From Hemiscyllium ocellatum (taxonomy: Eukaryota): 64,000 nt of DNA. Below are positions 12,700 through 25,345 of this stretch, piece by piece. The DNA is taken from the NCBI RefSeq assembly GCF_020745735.1, contig NC_083411.1, forward strand, positions 83,252,328 to 83,316,327, in the 5' to 3' direction. Every line of letters starts with the position of its first letter. Position 1 is the first letter of the stretch. The notes beneath the pieces were generated by a model. The model worked only from the letters and a program-made list of their open reading frames with translations, did not search any database and was not told the DNA's origin. A program made the translations under genes and the position numbers.

Positions 12700-13800
12700 A
12701 TCACCTGTCTAAACTCTCACAAAAAATTAAGTCCACAGTCTTTCAGGTAGTATATTAGCATGGATAGAGCACTGGCTCACCGGCAAAAAACAGCAAATGG
12801 GGATAAATGGTTCTTTTTCAGATTGGAGACCCGATACCAGGGCAGTTCCACAGTGATCAGTGCGAGACTGCAACTATTTGCAATATATATCAATGACTTG
12901 GAGGAAGGAAGTGAATGCATTGTAGCCAAATTTATAGGTAACACAAAAGTAGATGCAAAGTCAATGTGCAAGAGGGATACAAACAGTTTATGGAGAGATG
13001 TTGATAGGTTAAGAAAATGGGCAAAAAGTATGCAAATAGGAGCATGGGAAAATGTAAAGTTATTGATTTTGGAGGAGAGAACAAAAGAACAGAGTTTGAT
13101 ATAAATGGAGAAAAACAGCAGGAAGTTGCTACACAAAGAGGGTTGAGTGTACTCGTGCATAAAACAGAAAGCTAGCATACATCAGGTTTCAGGAAGGTTG
13201 ATGGAATATTGGCCCTTATTTCAAGAGAGTTGGAGTAGAACAGTAAGGAAGTCTTATTGCAACTGCACAAGGTATTGTTGAGCTAACATGTGGAGTACAG
13301 TGAACAGTTTTTATCTCCTTATTTAAGGAGAGGTATAATTTCATTGGAGACAGTTCAAAGAAGGCTCATTAGGAATGTTTCCTGGTATGGAGGGATTGTC
13401 TGATAAGCAAAGGTTAAACTCTTCTCATTCAAGTTTCGAGAATGAGAGATGATCTCATTCAGACGTATGAGATTCTTAAGGGTAAATGCTGAGAGATGTT
13501 TCCCCTCATGGGAGAGTTAAGGATCAGAGGGCATAGGCTTAGAATATCAAGGCATCAATTGAAAACTTAGATGAAGAGCAATTTCTTCTCTCAGAGAGTT
13601 GAGAGAATTGTGTATATTTGTATTTTTGCATGTATTTAAGGCTGCGATAGATAGATTCCCGACCAGTAGGGGTATCAAGGATTATGGGAAAATGGAGGAA
13701 GTTGAATATGAGGAATGTTGGATTAGCCACAATCCTACTAAATCGAGCAGCAGACTTGAGAAACTGAACAGACTGATCCTGTTCCTAATGGTCTTATGGA
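12700..13800 (+). mobile_element. Decayed CR1 LINE (RT to 3' end)
   Basis: LQLFAIYINDLEEG...AKFIGNTK; C-terminal and 3' UTR similarity to other copies. Confidence 0.85.
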
Positions 13801-13804
13801 GTAA

Positions 13805-14114
13805 TTAGATTAGATTCCCTACAGTGTGGAAACAGGCCCTTTGGCCCAATCAGTCCACACTGACCCTCTGAAGAGTAACCAACCCAGACCCATTTCCCTC
13901 TGACTAATGCACCTAACACTCTGGGCAATTTAGCATGGCCAATTCACCTGACCTGTACATCTTTGGATTGTGGGAGGGAACTGGAGCACCCGAAGGAAAC
14001 CCATGCACATTTCGGGAGAATGTGCGAACTCCACACAGACAGTCACCTCAGGCTGGAATTGAACCTGGGACCCTGGTGCTATGAGGCAGCAGTGCTAATT
14101 ACTGAGCCACTGTG
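13805..14114 (-). mobile_element. HE1-type V-SINE
   Basis: Reverse complement of the head, V-domain and (aatct)n tail. Confidence 0.9.
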
Positions 14115-14479
14115 GGGACAGTTTTAGAGTTAGCCTGGAATCAGTTTAATTCCTCTAATTTTTCTGACCATTATGGTAAGTCAGAAGCCTTTGAAGTCTC
14201 TGACTGTAACTCAGACCAGAAATGTTTTCAGAATGTTCCAGCTGCTGGGTAATTACGAAGTTTCAACTTCTTGGTCAATTAGTCTGAAGTGAAGGGTTAC
14301 CAATTCTGAGAGGTCCAGTTGTACATCTTTCAGGTTATGCCAAGTCTCTATCTAGAAATTGGAAGATCTGGGCTATTGAATTTTAACAATTTGTAACAGC
14401 AGTAACAATTGGCATTTATATTACACCTTTCAGATAGCAAACAATCCCAAGCTACATTTCTAAGAAATCAGTAAACCAA

Positions 14480-14785
14480 GGCGGCACGGTGGCCCAGTGG
14501 TTAGCACTGCTGCCTCACAGCGCCTGTAGACCCGGGTTCAATTCCCGACTCAGGCGACTGACTGTGTGGAGTTTGCACGTTCTCCCCGTGTCTGCGTGGG
14601 TTTCCTCCGGGTGCTCCGGTTTCCTCCCACAGTCCAAAGATGTGCGGGTCAGGTGAATTGGCCATGCTAAATTGCCCGTAGTGTTAGGTAAGGGGTAAAT
14701 GTAGGGGTATGGGTGGGTTGCGCTTCGACGGGTCGGTGTGGACTTGTTGGGCCGAAGGGCCTGTTTCCACACTGTAAGTCTAATC
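14480..14785 (+). mobile_element. HE1-type V-SINE, young CpG-rich copy
   Basis: A-box-like tggcccagtgg, B-box-like gggttcaattccc, V-domain gtgtggagtttgcacgttctccccgtgtctgcgtggg, CR1-like 3' tail. Confidence 0.92.
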
Positions 14786-15900
14786 AATCAGGAACGACAT
14801 ACATTTGCAAATGACTTGACCAAGGACTAAAATTTTGACAATGTCTAAGATGAGAGGTCATGATAAATCCTTAAGGCACATTTAGGGGTCTGAGCAGTAG
14901 CAGTCCAGAATGCAGTGTAGCTGCCAGTTGTGACTGACTGCATTAAAATAGTTGAAATTAAACCAAAGAATGCAGCTTGACAGCAGAAGATGAGCCCAGC
15001 AGAAGGATGACAGAGAAGCATTGGAAGAGATAATAGATGATATTACAGGAGTCAAATGTTGATAAGAATATGTCGTAGCAGCATTTCAGTATGACAGCGA
15101 TATATGATACGGTTGGTGACATTAACCAAAATGATTTCTGGATAGCAAAAAACTAACGGTAAAGATTGTAAAAAAAACAGAATAATTGTGAACTTGGCGA
15201 TGGAGTATAGTTGCACACTGATGAGGGGAAAATTGCTGCAATTGATTTCTATGGAAACATCATTATTTCATTTGAAAAAAATGTCATTGCAACATTATAA
15301 CCAGTGGGTTGAATCTTATAATGGTCTGAGCGATGTGGCCGACAGCAAGATTTGTGGCAAAATCAGAGAGAGAATCTAGCTAGGCCATTTTTGACATCGG
15401 GAGTTGCCAATTAATAGGGATTGTAACATGTTTAATGGTTTATTCACAGCACATGGGCCTCATTAATATTCAGCCTCCCATTTGACCAAATGTATCAATC
15501 AAGCTAGATGTGGAGAAGTTTTGGCTTGGAAACTAGATCAGATACCTGGCAACTCACTGCTGGCTCCAAAGGACCTCCATATTAGACACTGAGCACTGAA
15601 ATCTCAGGATACACTCCATGAGCACTGCTCCACAGATCTCACATCCATAAATGTTGGCACCTGGTGTCATGAACATTTTTAATTCACTTCAAGGGTGCTT
15701 CTACACCCAACACTGCATCTTGGATCGCACTGTCAGATATCATTGAAATACTGAAATAAGGACATTGTGATTGTATGCAAGTGCATCTGGCTCCTACAAT
15801 GGATGAGGATGGACCTCTGGGCTCTTTGCTTGCTTTCCTAGCATTCAAATGTGTTGCTGGTCAAAGCACAGCAGGTTAGGCAGCATCTCAGGAATAGAGA

Positions 15901-15936
15901 ATTCGACGTTTCGAGCATGAGCCCTTCATCAGGAAT
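15901..15936 (-). ncRNA. Minimal hammerhead ribozyme (family B), left arm
   Basis: Reverse complement ATTC-CTGATGA-A-GGGC-tcat-GCTC-GAAA-CG-TC-GAAT. Confidence 0.85.
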
Positions 15937-16067
15937 AAGAGAGAGAGCCAAGCAGGCTGAGATAAAAGGTAGGGAGGAGGGACTAGGGGGAGGGGCGATG
16001 GAGGTGGGATAGGTGGAAGGAGGTCAAGGTGAGGGTGATAGGCCGGAATGGGGTGGGGGCGGAGAGG

Positions 16068-16827
16068 TCAGGAAGAGGATTGCAGGTTAGGAGGGCGGTG
16101 CTGAGTTGAGGGAACCGACTGAGACAAGGTGGGGGGAGGGGAAATGAGGAAGCTGGAGAAATCTGAATTCATACCTTGTGGTTGGAGGGTTCCCAGGCGG
16201 AAGATGAGGCGCTCCTCCTCCAGCCGTCGTGTAGTTGTGTTCTGCCGGTGGAGGAGTCCAAGGACCTGCATGTCCTCGGTGGAGTGGGAGGGGGAGTTAA
16301 AGTGTTGAGCCACGGGGTGATTGGGTTGGTTGGTTCGGGCGGCCCAGAGGTGTTCTCTGAAGCGTTCCGCAAGTAAGCGGCCTGTCTCACCAATTTCGAG
16401 GAGGCCACATCGGGTGCAGCGGATGCAATAGATGATGTGTGTGGAGGTACAGGTGAACTTGTGGCGGATATGGAAGGATCCCTTGGGGCCTTGGAGGGAA
16501 GTGAGTGTGGAGGTGTGGGCGCAAGTTTTACATTTCCTGCGGTTGCAGGGGAAGGTGCCGGGGGTGGAGGTTGGGTTGGTGGGGGGTGTGGATCTGACAA
16601 GGGAGTCACGAAGGGAGTGGTCCTTGCGGAACGCTGATAGGGGAGGGGAGGGAAATATATCCTTGGTGGTGGGGTCCGTTTGGAGGTGACGGAAATGGCG
16701 GCGGATAATACGTTGTATGCGCAGGTTGGTGGGGTGGTCGGTGAGAACCAGTGGGGTTCTGTCTTGGTGGCGGTTGGAGGAGCGGGGCTCAAGGGCGGAG
16801 GAGCGGGAAGTGGAGGAGATGCGGTGG
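16068..16827 (-). CDS. PLE ORF C-terminus: RT thumb/linker, Cys-rich finger, GIY-YIG endonuclease (5'-truncated)
   Basis: Open frame with GTFPCNRRKCKTC, IIYCIRCTRCGLLEIGET, ERFREH, VAQHF, EERLIFRLGTLQPQGMN; YIG is mutated to EIG in this arm. Confidence 0.85.
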
Positions 16828-17208
16828 ACCTCCACACACATCATCTATTGCATCCGCTGCACCCGATGTGGCCGCCTCTATATTGGTGAGACAGGCCGCT
16901 TACTTGCGGAACGCTTCAGAGAACACCTCTGGGCCGCCCGAACCAACCAACCCAATCACCCCGTGGCTCAACACTTTAACTCCCCCTCCCACTCCACCGA
17001 GGACATGCAGGTCCTTGGACTCCTCCACCGGCAGAACACAACTACACGACGGCTGGAGGAGGAGCGCCTCATCTTCCGCCTGGGAACCCTCCAACCACAA
17101 GGTATGAATTCAGATTTCTCCAGCTTCCTCATTTCCCCTCCCCCCACCTTGTCTCAGTCGGTTCCCTCAACTCAGCACCGCCCTCCTAACCTGCAATCCT
17201 CTTCCTGA
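16828..17208 (+). CDS. GIY-YIG endonuclease domain of the PLE (inverted duplicate, no native start)
   Basis: IIYCIRCTRCGRLYIGETGRLLAERFREHL...EERLIFRLGTLQPQGMN, with all motif residues present. Confidence 0.8.
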   Translation, partial: TSTHIIYCIRCTRCGRLYIGETGRLLAERFREHLWAARTNQPNHPVAQHFNSPSHSTEDMQVLGLLHRQNTTTRRLEEERLIFRLGTLQPQGMNSDFSSFLISPPPTLSQSVPSTQHRPPNLQSSS

Positions 17209-17339
17209 CCTCTCCGCCCCCACCCCACTCCGGCCTATCACCCTCACCTTGACCTCCTTCCACCTATCCCACCTCCATCGCCCCTCCCCCTAGTCCCTCC
17301 TCCCTACCTTTTATCTCAGCCTGCTTGGCTCTCTCTCTT

Positions 17340-17375
17340 ATTCCTGATGAAGGGCTCATGCTCGAAACGTCGAAT
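17340..17375 (+). ncRNA. Minimal hammerhead ribozyme (family B), right arm
   Basis: ATTC-CTGATGA-A-GGGC-tcat-GCTC-GAAA-CG-TC-GAAT; predicted GUC cut after 17371. Confidence 0.85.
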
Positions 17376-17759
17376 TCTCTATTCCTGAGATGCTGCCTAA
17401 CCTGCTGTGCTTTGACCAGCAACACATTTGCAGCTGTGATCTCCAGCATCTGCAGACCTCATTTTTTACCTGAACAGCATTCAGTCTCTTTGAGCCTATT
17501 GGGTGCTTATAACATCCCAATGTTCCATTGCCTTGCCTTTGTGTGCTTTAAACCCTCAGCCAGAGCTACCATGCTGATATGACTTCTGTCTTGCCATGCT
17601 ATTTAGTGTTGATACAAAGACAGGAAGCTTGTCATGGTTGTCAGCAAGCCTCAGGCAATCAAAGGAGATAGCCTTCGCTCAGGGTGTGGGGACAGAATAA
17701 GTCAAGGGCAGTCTCTGATATCAGTCCAGGAGCATGGAAATAGTCAGGCAGCCATTGGA

Positions 17760-18345
17760 TTGGTCAGAGTCAGGATGCTCTCCATGTAAGAGGTGAAGAG
17801 CTAAATGTCAGACAGTCCACTGACCTTGCTGACTCTTTCTTGTTGACTGTTAGAGTCTCATTTGTTCCTGGACTGATAAAAAGGTGGGTACTAAGGGAGA
17901 TGAATGTGGATAGCACACTTATTTTGTTTGGTGGGAAAGTGCCTCAAGTGAGTGAGTAGGCAGCAGAAATAATTGCAGAGTTGGTGTTGGGATTTTGGGT
18001 GAATGAGTCAGTGATGGAAGATGTTGCATGTAATAATGAAAGTGGTAGAGCATGAGTCTTGGTGACAGGAGAATACAGTGGCAGTGATATAGTGAGTATG
18101 AGATATAGGAGAGAAGATGGTGACCCTTCTGCTGATGGTGTGGAGAATAATATTGACCTTCCAACTGTGCTTAGCATTCCTCCAATGTCTGAGACTATAC
18201 TAATCTGGGTGCAAATTTAAACCAGGCAGGCATGGTCTCCAATGCTGGTCCTAGAGAATGGGAAAATCCTGCATCTATGACATTCTGTCCAGGAAGACCT
18301 CCAGGAACCTGCCCCCAAAGCAGTGTGGCAATTTCCCTCTGTGTA
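17760..18345 (-). pseudogene. Myb/SANT-like two-exon gene remnant, copy 2
   Basis: RGKLPHCFGGRFLEVFLDR... in exon 1; acceptor ccag|gaacaaa at 17868/17867, then ERVSKVSGLSDI*LFTSYMESIL. Confidence 0.55.
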
Positions 18346-18877
18346 CCACATTCCCAGAGAACACCTCAGGAAACATGCAAAGCAGCTTTGGACTGACAAT
18401 GGTTATCCAGGTACATAATGGGCTTTTAAATACGGCGTGGGTGATGGGTTGGTCAGCTATCTGGTGTGTTATTCGGGGAATAGCATGTAATAAGATGGGA
18501 TACAATCAGGCATGAGGGACATCATAGAGATGGGATGAGTAATTTGTGAGGCATGTTCGGTAAGACATAGTGAGAAAACTCATCGGGTCTCACTGCGGGA
18601 ATTTTCATAAAATCTAAGTGCAACCTGGTTTCAGCTAATATAAGATTCAGCCTAATAATTTCTTCTTGGAATATTAATAAATCTCTTCATTTCCACTTTA
18701 TATATGCAACCCTATGCTAAATAAATTCTGAATAAATGGCCTTGTATCCTCAGAACATATATTTTTAAGTAAAACGAGTTTGTAATACATCTTGAAATGT
18801 GAATCCTAGCCTTACCAAAGCATTTTCAGGAATTAATTCCGTATTCTGATACATGTGTTTCTTGCTCTGTATTACGA

Positions 18878-19950
18878 CAACAATAATTAGCATTTATCTA
18901 GTACTGTTAATGCACTAAAACATCCTGAGGCACTTCAAAGCGATTAATCAAACACAGTTTGACAGCAAGTCACATTATAAGCTTATTAGGACAAGTGATG
19001 AACAGCTTGATCAAAAGGTAGGTTTTCATTGAATCATAAAAGAGAAGATAGTGGCCGAAATAATGAGGGAAGGAATTTTAATGTTAAAGGAATAGACAGG
19101 TGAAATTACAGTGGTCAAAAATTGAGCAATCCGATCAAGCAATTCATGTTAGTCTGGAACTGGTTTTGCACTGAGGTCACGGAGATTCGGAGGTTGTTAG
19201 GTAGTGAGGGTGACAAAGTAGCTGAAAATGTGTTGCTGGAAAAGCGCAGCAGGTCAGGCAGCATCCAAGGAGCAGGAGAATCGATGTTTCAGTCATGAGC
19301 CCTTCTTCAGCCCTTCTTTCCTGAAAAAGGGCTCATGCCTGAAACATCGATTTTCCTGCTCCTTGGATGCTGCCTGACCTGCTGCGTCTTTCCAGCAACA
19401 CATTTTCAGCTCTGATCTCCAGCATCTGCAGTCCTCACTTTCTCCTAGGGTGACAAAGTAGTAGCCTACAAAAGACAAGAGTGAGATTTCAAAAAGACAA
19501 GGATGAACAGCCAATATAAGGCCATGAATAATGAATGAACAGAAGTTGGTGTGTGTTAGAATATGGATATCAGAGTTTTGGATAAGGTCAGAATTACAGA
19601 AAAATGGGATGATGGCCAAATCAATATTGGTCTTATTGAATCTAGATGTGACAAAGAAGCCACTATGTGATTTTCAGTGGCAGATGAACTGAGGCATAGA
19701 TGGAGTAGTAACAGGTGAAAATCTTGGTGCTGGGATAAATAAATTGTTGAGAGTACATCTCAGGATCAAATACGATGCCAAAATTGTGAACATTGTGGTT
19801 TAACCTTAGGTAGTGGTGAGAGAGGGAGGGAGTAGGGTGAGAGGGAACAGAGTTTGTGGTAGGATTTGAAGACAATAGCTTTACTTTTGCCAATGGATAA
19901 TTGGAGATGATTTCTCCTTACCCAGTATTGGGTACTGGCTAGCTGTCACC
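18878..19950 (-). mobile_element. Old L2-like LINE 3' fragment, interrupted by a PLE copy
   Basis: gcatttatctagtac...aaaacatcctgaggcacttca tail shared with 14410-14450 and 53680-53760; degraded RT-like sequence. Confidence 0.5.
19222..19446. mobile_element. Head-to-head PLE/HHR family B mini-element
   Basis: Inverted arms; perfect 15-bp duplication agggtgacaaagtag at 19207-19221 and 19447-19461. Confidence 0.9.
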
Positions 19951-20215
19951 AATTTTATTAATTATTAGTCCTTTTTGGGTCACTATTAAACATTTGCGAA
20001 TGTACGAATATTTACCTCTGTCTATTGACCCCGATTTCTAATGTGAAGCCTGTAGCATGATTGATGGAAGAGTGAAAAAATAGTGTCAATCTGCTCCTCT
20101 AAGTAGAATAAGTTTAATTGACCTTATCATAAAAAAGAAGTGGGGAGTTGCATTACTAATTAGGGAGAATGGCACTGCTCATGATGAAGGGCACATCTAG
20201 TGAGGCTATATGCAT

Positions 20216-20498
20216 CATAGAAACCTCTACAGTGCAGACAGAGGCCATTCAGCTCATTAAGTCTGCAAAAACCATCTGAAGAGCATCTCACTGAAATATA
20301 AAGCCCCACTCTACTCTCCATAACCCTGCATGTAGTATGGCCAATCCACCTAACTTGCCCATCTTTGGAGTGTGGGAGGAAACCCATGCAGACGCAGGAA
20401 GAATGTGCAAACTCCACAGTGATAGTATCCTGAAGCTTGAATTGAACACAGGCCCCTGATGCCCAGAGGCAGCAATGCTAACCACTGTGCTACCATGC
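20216..20498 (-). mobile_element. HE1-type V-SINE, diverged
   Basis: Reverse complement of the V-domain and head. Confidence 0.8.
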
Positions 20499-20504
20499 TA
20501 CAGC

Positions 20505-22935
20505 ATATGGGTAGCTCTCAGGCCTGGGGTGGAGGAGGTGAGGAGAGAGTGTAATCACTTTGATGGGATTGTACTACAGGTCTTCCAACAGCCAACACTT
20601 GATCGAGCAACAGATAAATTGACAGGTATAGAAAATATGAAACCACAGGATTGTAATGGTGGATGATTTTAACTTACCACATATTGATTGGGACTCGTGA
20701 AGAGCCAATGGCTTGGATGGGGAGGAATTTGTTAGTTGTGTCCAGGATGGATTTTTGAAACAATATTTAAATACTCCAACTGGGGAAGGGGTCATACTAG
20801 ACCTGATAATGGCGAATGAGCCCAGCCAGGTGATTGAAGTTTCAGTGGGTGACCATTTTGGGAACAATGACCATAATTCTGTAAGTTTCTTCATAAGGAT
20901 AAGAATAGTCCTCGGGTGAATGTATTAAGTTGAGGGAGGCTAACTACCACAATATTAGGTGGGCTTTGGGGAATGTAGACTGGGGGCAACTGTTTGAGGG
21001 TAAATCCATATCTAGTATTTGGAAATCTTTGGAAGGCCGGCTGATTAGAGTTCACAACCAGCCCATGAAAATGAAGGATAGGGATGGCAAGATTCTGGAA
21101 ACTTGGATAATAAGTGAAATTGAGAGTTTATTCAAAAAGAAAAAGCAGACATGCATAATGTTTAGGAAACCAAGGAGAGGCAGAGCCCTTGAAGGATACA
21201 AAGATAGGAGGAAAAAACTCAAACCAGGAATTAGGGGAAATGTACAGACAGCAATGGAAAGGGTAAGCCCACTCAAGGATCAAGAATGGAATTTAAGCAC
21301 GAATAAAGAGGAAGTGGGTGAGGTCTTTAACAAGTTGTATTCGCAGAGGAGAATGACATGGTGGATGTGAGTCTTGGAAAAATATGTTGATATTCCAGGC
21401 AAAGTCAATGTAAAAGAGGGGAAGTGTTGTGTATTTTGAAAATCATTAAGATAGACAATTTTCCAGCACCTGATGAAATCTAAGATTTAGGATCAAATTA
21501 CTCACATTTGGAAAATATGGACTTAATAGCAATAGGCAGCAATGGCTTTGTACGGAGAGGTTATGTCTCAAAAGCTTGATAGAGTTTTTTGAGGAAGTGA
21601 TAAAGATGATTGATGAGGCCAGGATGATAGCTGTTGTCTACATGGACTTCAGCAAGGCCTTTGACAAGGTCTTCATGGCAGGCTAACATAAAAGGTGGTT
21701 ACATTGGATCTGCTAAACTGGTAAGATGGAAACAGAGGTACTGATAGGGATCAGTGTTGGGACCTTTTTGTTAGTAAGATGTATAAATGATTTGGAGGAG
21801 AATGTGGATGGCTTGATTCGTAAGTTCTGGATGACAAAAAGATTGGGGGAAGTTATAGAAGTGAGGAAGATTGCCAAACAATACAGCAGGATAGAGAGGC
21901 TTGAGACTTATATGGAGAAATGGCAGATGGAACTTAATCTGAACAAAAGTGAGATGATGCATTTTGGGAGAGCTAATGCAGGAAGGAACTACACAATAAA
22001 TGGCAGAATCCTTGGCAGTATTAAAATACAGGGAAATCCAATCCCACAGTTCCCGGAAATTGGCAACATCTGTGGAAAAGATGATCAAAAAGGTATATGG
22101 CATGTTTGCCTTCATTGGTTGGGACATAGAGTAAAAACTTGGCAAGTCATAGTGCAGCTATGTTGAACTTTACTCAGGCTACATTTGGAATATAGTGTGC
22201 AGTTCTGATTGCCACATTACCAGAAGGATGTGGAGGGTTTGGAAAGGGTGTAGAAATGTTTTACCAGGACGTCACCTGATTTGAGGGTATTAGCCATGAG
22301 GAAATATTTGACAAACTTGAGTTGTTTTCAGTTGAATGTTGATGAGTGAAGGATGACCTGATAGATGTTTTCAAAATTATGAGAGGCATGGATAGAATGA
22401 ATCACCAGAGTCTTATACCAAGGGGACATAGGTTTAATGTAAATGGGAGAAAGTTTAAAGGAGATGTGAGAGGCACTAAAAATCTGGATTTAAGAATTTA
22501 ATGATGACCACAAATTTATCTGTCGCTTGTTGGAAAAAAAGCTATCTGGTTCACTATGATTTGACCATTAGGGAAGGAAATCTGCTATCCTTACCTAGTT
22601 TGTAAAGTGATCGATTCTTAACTGCCACCTAGGCATTTAAGGATGGGCAATAAATGCTGGCCTAGCCAGCGACACCCTCAACCCATGAATGGAAAAAAAA
22701 GGTTTTTACACTGATGGGTAGTAGGTGCCTGGAATGTAGTACCAGAGGAAGTGGTGGAAGTTGGTACAGTTACAACATTTAACAGGCATCTGGATGGGTA
22801 CATGAATAGGAAGGTTTTAGAGGGGTATGGGAAAAATGCTGGCAAATGGGTTTGGATTAATTTAGAATATTTAGTTAGTATAAACAAGTTGAACCGAAAG
22901 GTCTATTTCAGTGCTGTATAACTGAATGCCTCTAT
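20505..22935 (+). mobile_element. Decayed CR1/HER1 ORF2 (APE endonuclease to 3' end) with internal deletions
   Basis: DDFNLPHIDW, ILDLIMANEP, GNNDHNS, YMDFSKAFDK, INDLEE; 3' UTR near 22800-22930. Confidence 0.9.
22480..22701 (+). mobile_element. Unassigned short interspersed repeat inserted in CR1
   Basis: agggaaggaaatctgc..ccttacc shared with 48375-48545; ends ggatgggcaataaatgctggcc...gaatggaaaaaaaa. Confidence 0.6.
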
Positions 22936-24539
22936 TCCTGGAGTACTCCATCTGTGCGTGCAAAATAGCAGAAAAGACACGCTGACATCAAAGAGGAAAT
23001 AGTTCAGATTCATTAAGAAAAATGGGATATAAGGGATCAATCTAAAATGTCAAATTACATGAACTTGTTAAAATGCTAAAGGATGCAAGAATATCAATAT
23101 TGAGAAGCTATTTTATTTTTTGACAGAGTCCATTTAGAAATGAAATCAGGATACACTTGTCACACAAGTGGTATTGAAATTGAAGAACTGGCCCAAAAGG
23201 CTGTGGAATTTAGGCCAATTAAACTTTTCACAACTAAAAAAGGTTGATATTTATCTGATTAAGCTATGAGGAGATATAAAGTAATAGCTGGTTCATAGGG
23301 TTAAACTACATATTGCCACAAGCTAATTGAGTAGCAGGGCAGGGTCAAAGGTTTGAATGGCCTATTCCTTTTCCTATTTTCCTGCACTTCCAATAAACTT
23401 TTGCTGCAGTGAAGTTTAAATGTATTCACAAAGATTTCTTTGGGTCATGAGGTCTAGTAATTGAAATAGGTTCCATTGAATAGATTAATGATTTCACAAA
23501 ACACATGCAGATTTACTTCTCATGGATGAGTCTGCATTTGCAATATCCTCAGAAACAGCATCTGGTCAATGTGTCTCCTTATGCATTTATCAATAACTCT
23601 GAGATTCGTTCTCTACAGTTTACAATTCATTTTGTAGCAACCAGCTCCCGCTTAATCCATCTGCAAGCAATATTAAATTGGTTTTGGCAGTTTTCTCTAT
23701 CCTCTTTTATTTTGGCCACAGCATTAATTCTGACAGTCGTTCTCCCCAGGCCAACTTGTTCTGTGCTGAAGTGAGAATCTGATGTATATTGCCTCAAAGC
23801 TTTGCAACACACCTTTGCAGAATGTCTTCAATCAGAGATGGACTTCACAATACTTAAAACATATTTTTAACCAGCTACAAGAGATAGTGTGTCAATTCCT
23901 ACAATGCCATCAGCATCATTTGCATCTCATCCTCTAATAATTTAAATATTCCTTTTCCTTGGCTTTGGGAAATTATACCAGCACAGTATGTGTCAGCTCA
24001 GAAGTGAAAACTAGTACTTTGTGCCATTATGTACTCTCTTGTGATATCGCTGAGCTTGTATAAAGATTTATTGCCAATGCCAGAAAGGAGGAAAATAAAC
24101 TAAATACACAGCAAACAGATTTAATCTGAGGATTGAGTGCCTGGATGCATTCTGACATTCAGCAAATTTATCTAAATTTGGAGAACTGGAGCTATATTTT
24201 CATCTGTTCAAATAAAATAGTGGAACTGTCTAGTTTACTGTACAATTTAAGATGCGCTGGGGAATTGTTTAAATTCATGTTTTGGAAAAGTGTGATTCCT
24301 GAGAATGTTATTTCATTAACAGTGATGAAACAAGTAACAGCTAGTCATGATACACTGGTAATGATCCTTTACTGCTTCTCAAGGCAGCTAATGAGCCTCT
24401 CAGCAAGCATACACCACGGATATATAAAGTTTCTGGAGAATTATCTTGCAAAAATGCAATTAGGTTTCATAGTTCAGTACATGTTTTAAATGCATTGAAA
24501 GTCACTTCATAAAATGGGGCTAGAGATCCAAGTCAGTTT

Positions 24540-25345
24540 AGCATGTGCCCAACCAGTTTCAGTTTCTTTTTAAATGAACTTCCCTCCTTCATAAGGTCAG
24601 AAATTGTGTTGTTCACTGATGATTGTACAATATTCATCAACATTCATGACTCCTCAAACACTGATGGTGCTGTGTTCAGGTGTGGCAAGATGTGGGAAAT
24701 AGATGTGAGCAGACAATTGGAAGTAAAATTTGAGTCATGTAAGTGCCAGACAATGACTATCTCCAATAAGAGAGTATCTAACCATCCAATCTTGACATTA
24801 AATTGCATGAATGCTGATGAAACTCCCCTAACAATGGCCTGTGGAGTTAGTATAGTCCAGAAATTGAACTAGACCAGCCATATTAATACTATGGCTACAA
24901 AAAAAACTCAGAAACAAGGAAATCTGTGGAAAGTAATTAACCTGCTGTTTCCCAATGCCTGTCCATCAGTTACAGGACACAAGTTAGGAATGTGTTTGAC
25001 TACTTTCCACTCATCTGGATGATTGCAGCTCCAGTAACACTCAAGAATCTCAATACCATCCATGATAAAGCTGTTGTATTACATTAGCATCACATCTACA
25101 ATCTTCAAGATTCATATCATTCAGCACTGGCACTTAATAGCAACAGTGTGCACTATCTATGTTAACTCACTAAGGCTCTTTCAACAACACTTTCCAAAAC
25201 CATACTAGCTAGAAGGACAGGAGCAGCAGATCCATGGGAATACCACTGCCTGCATGTTCTCCTCCAAGACACAGTGTTCTGATTTTCAATTAAATGACAG
25301 TTTCTTCTGTGTCACTGGGTCAAAAAGCTGGTACTCTCTTGCTGG
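24540..25345 (+). mobile_element. Second CR1/L2-group LINE lineage, RT and 3' part
   Basis: FSFFLNELPSFIRSEIVLFTDDCTIF (RT core); homologous to the minus strand of 55040-55420. Confidence 0.8.

Larger units (their letters stand above)
15846..17468. mobile_element. Penelope-like retroelement (Neptune-type), 5'-truncated, with inverted duplication
   Basis: Arms 15846-16448 and 16828-17430 are ~603-bp near-perfect inverted repeats; GIY-YIG ORFs on both strands; HHR in each arm; agcattca at 15840-15847 and 17476-17483. Confidence 0.92.

Noticed and set aside
14480-14550. tRNA gene
   Set aside because: tRNA-derived SINE head with A/B boxes that runs into the V-domain; no stand-alone cloverleaf
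14515-14787. Recurring 70-140 aa ORFs (GNLAWPIHLT...DCGRKPEHPEETH)
   Set aside because: Antisense translations of HE1 SINEs, not a protein family
16169-17107. Pro-rich 222-aa and other overlapping ORFs in the PLE
   Set aside because: Alternative frames of C-rich PLE sequence with few stop codons
2716-19446. Inverted-arm elements as classical MITEs or CRISPR-like repeats
   Set aside because: Variable ends, variable 9-15 bp TSDs and identity to a PLE 3' end; no regular repeat-spacer array
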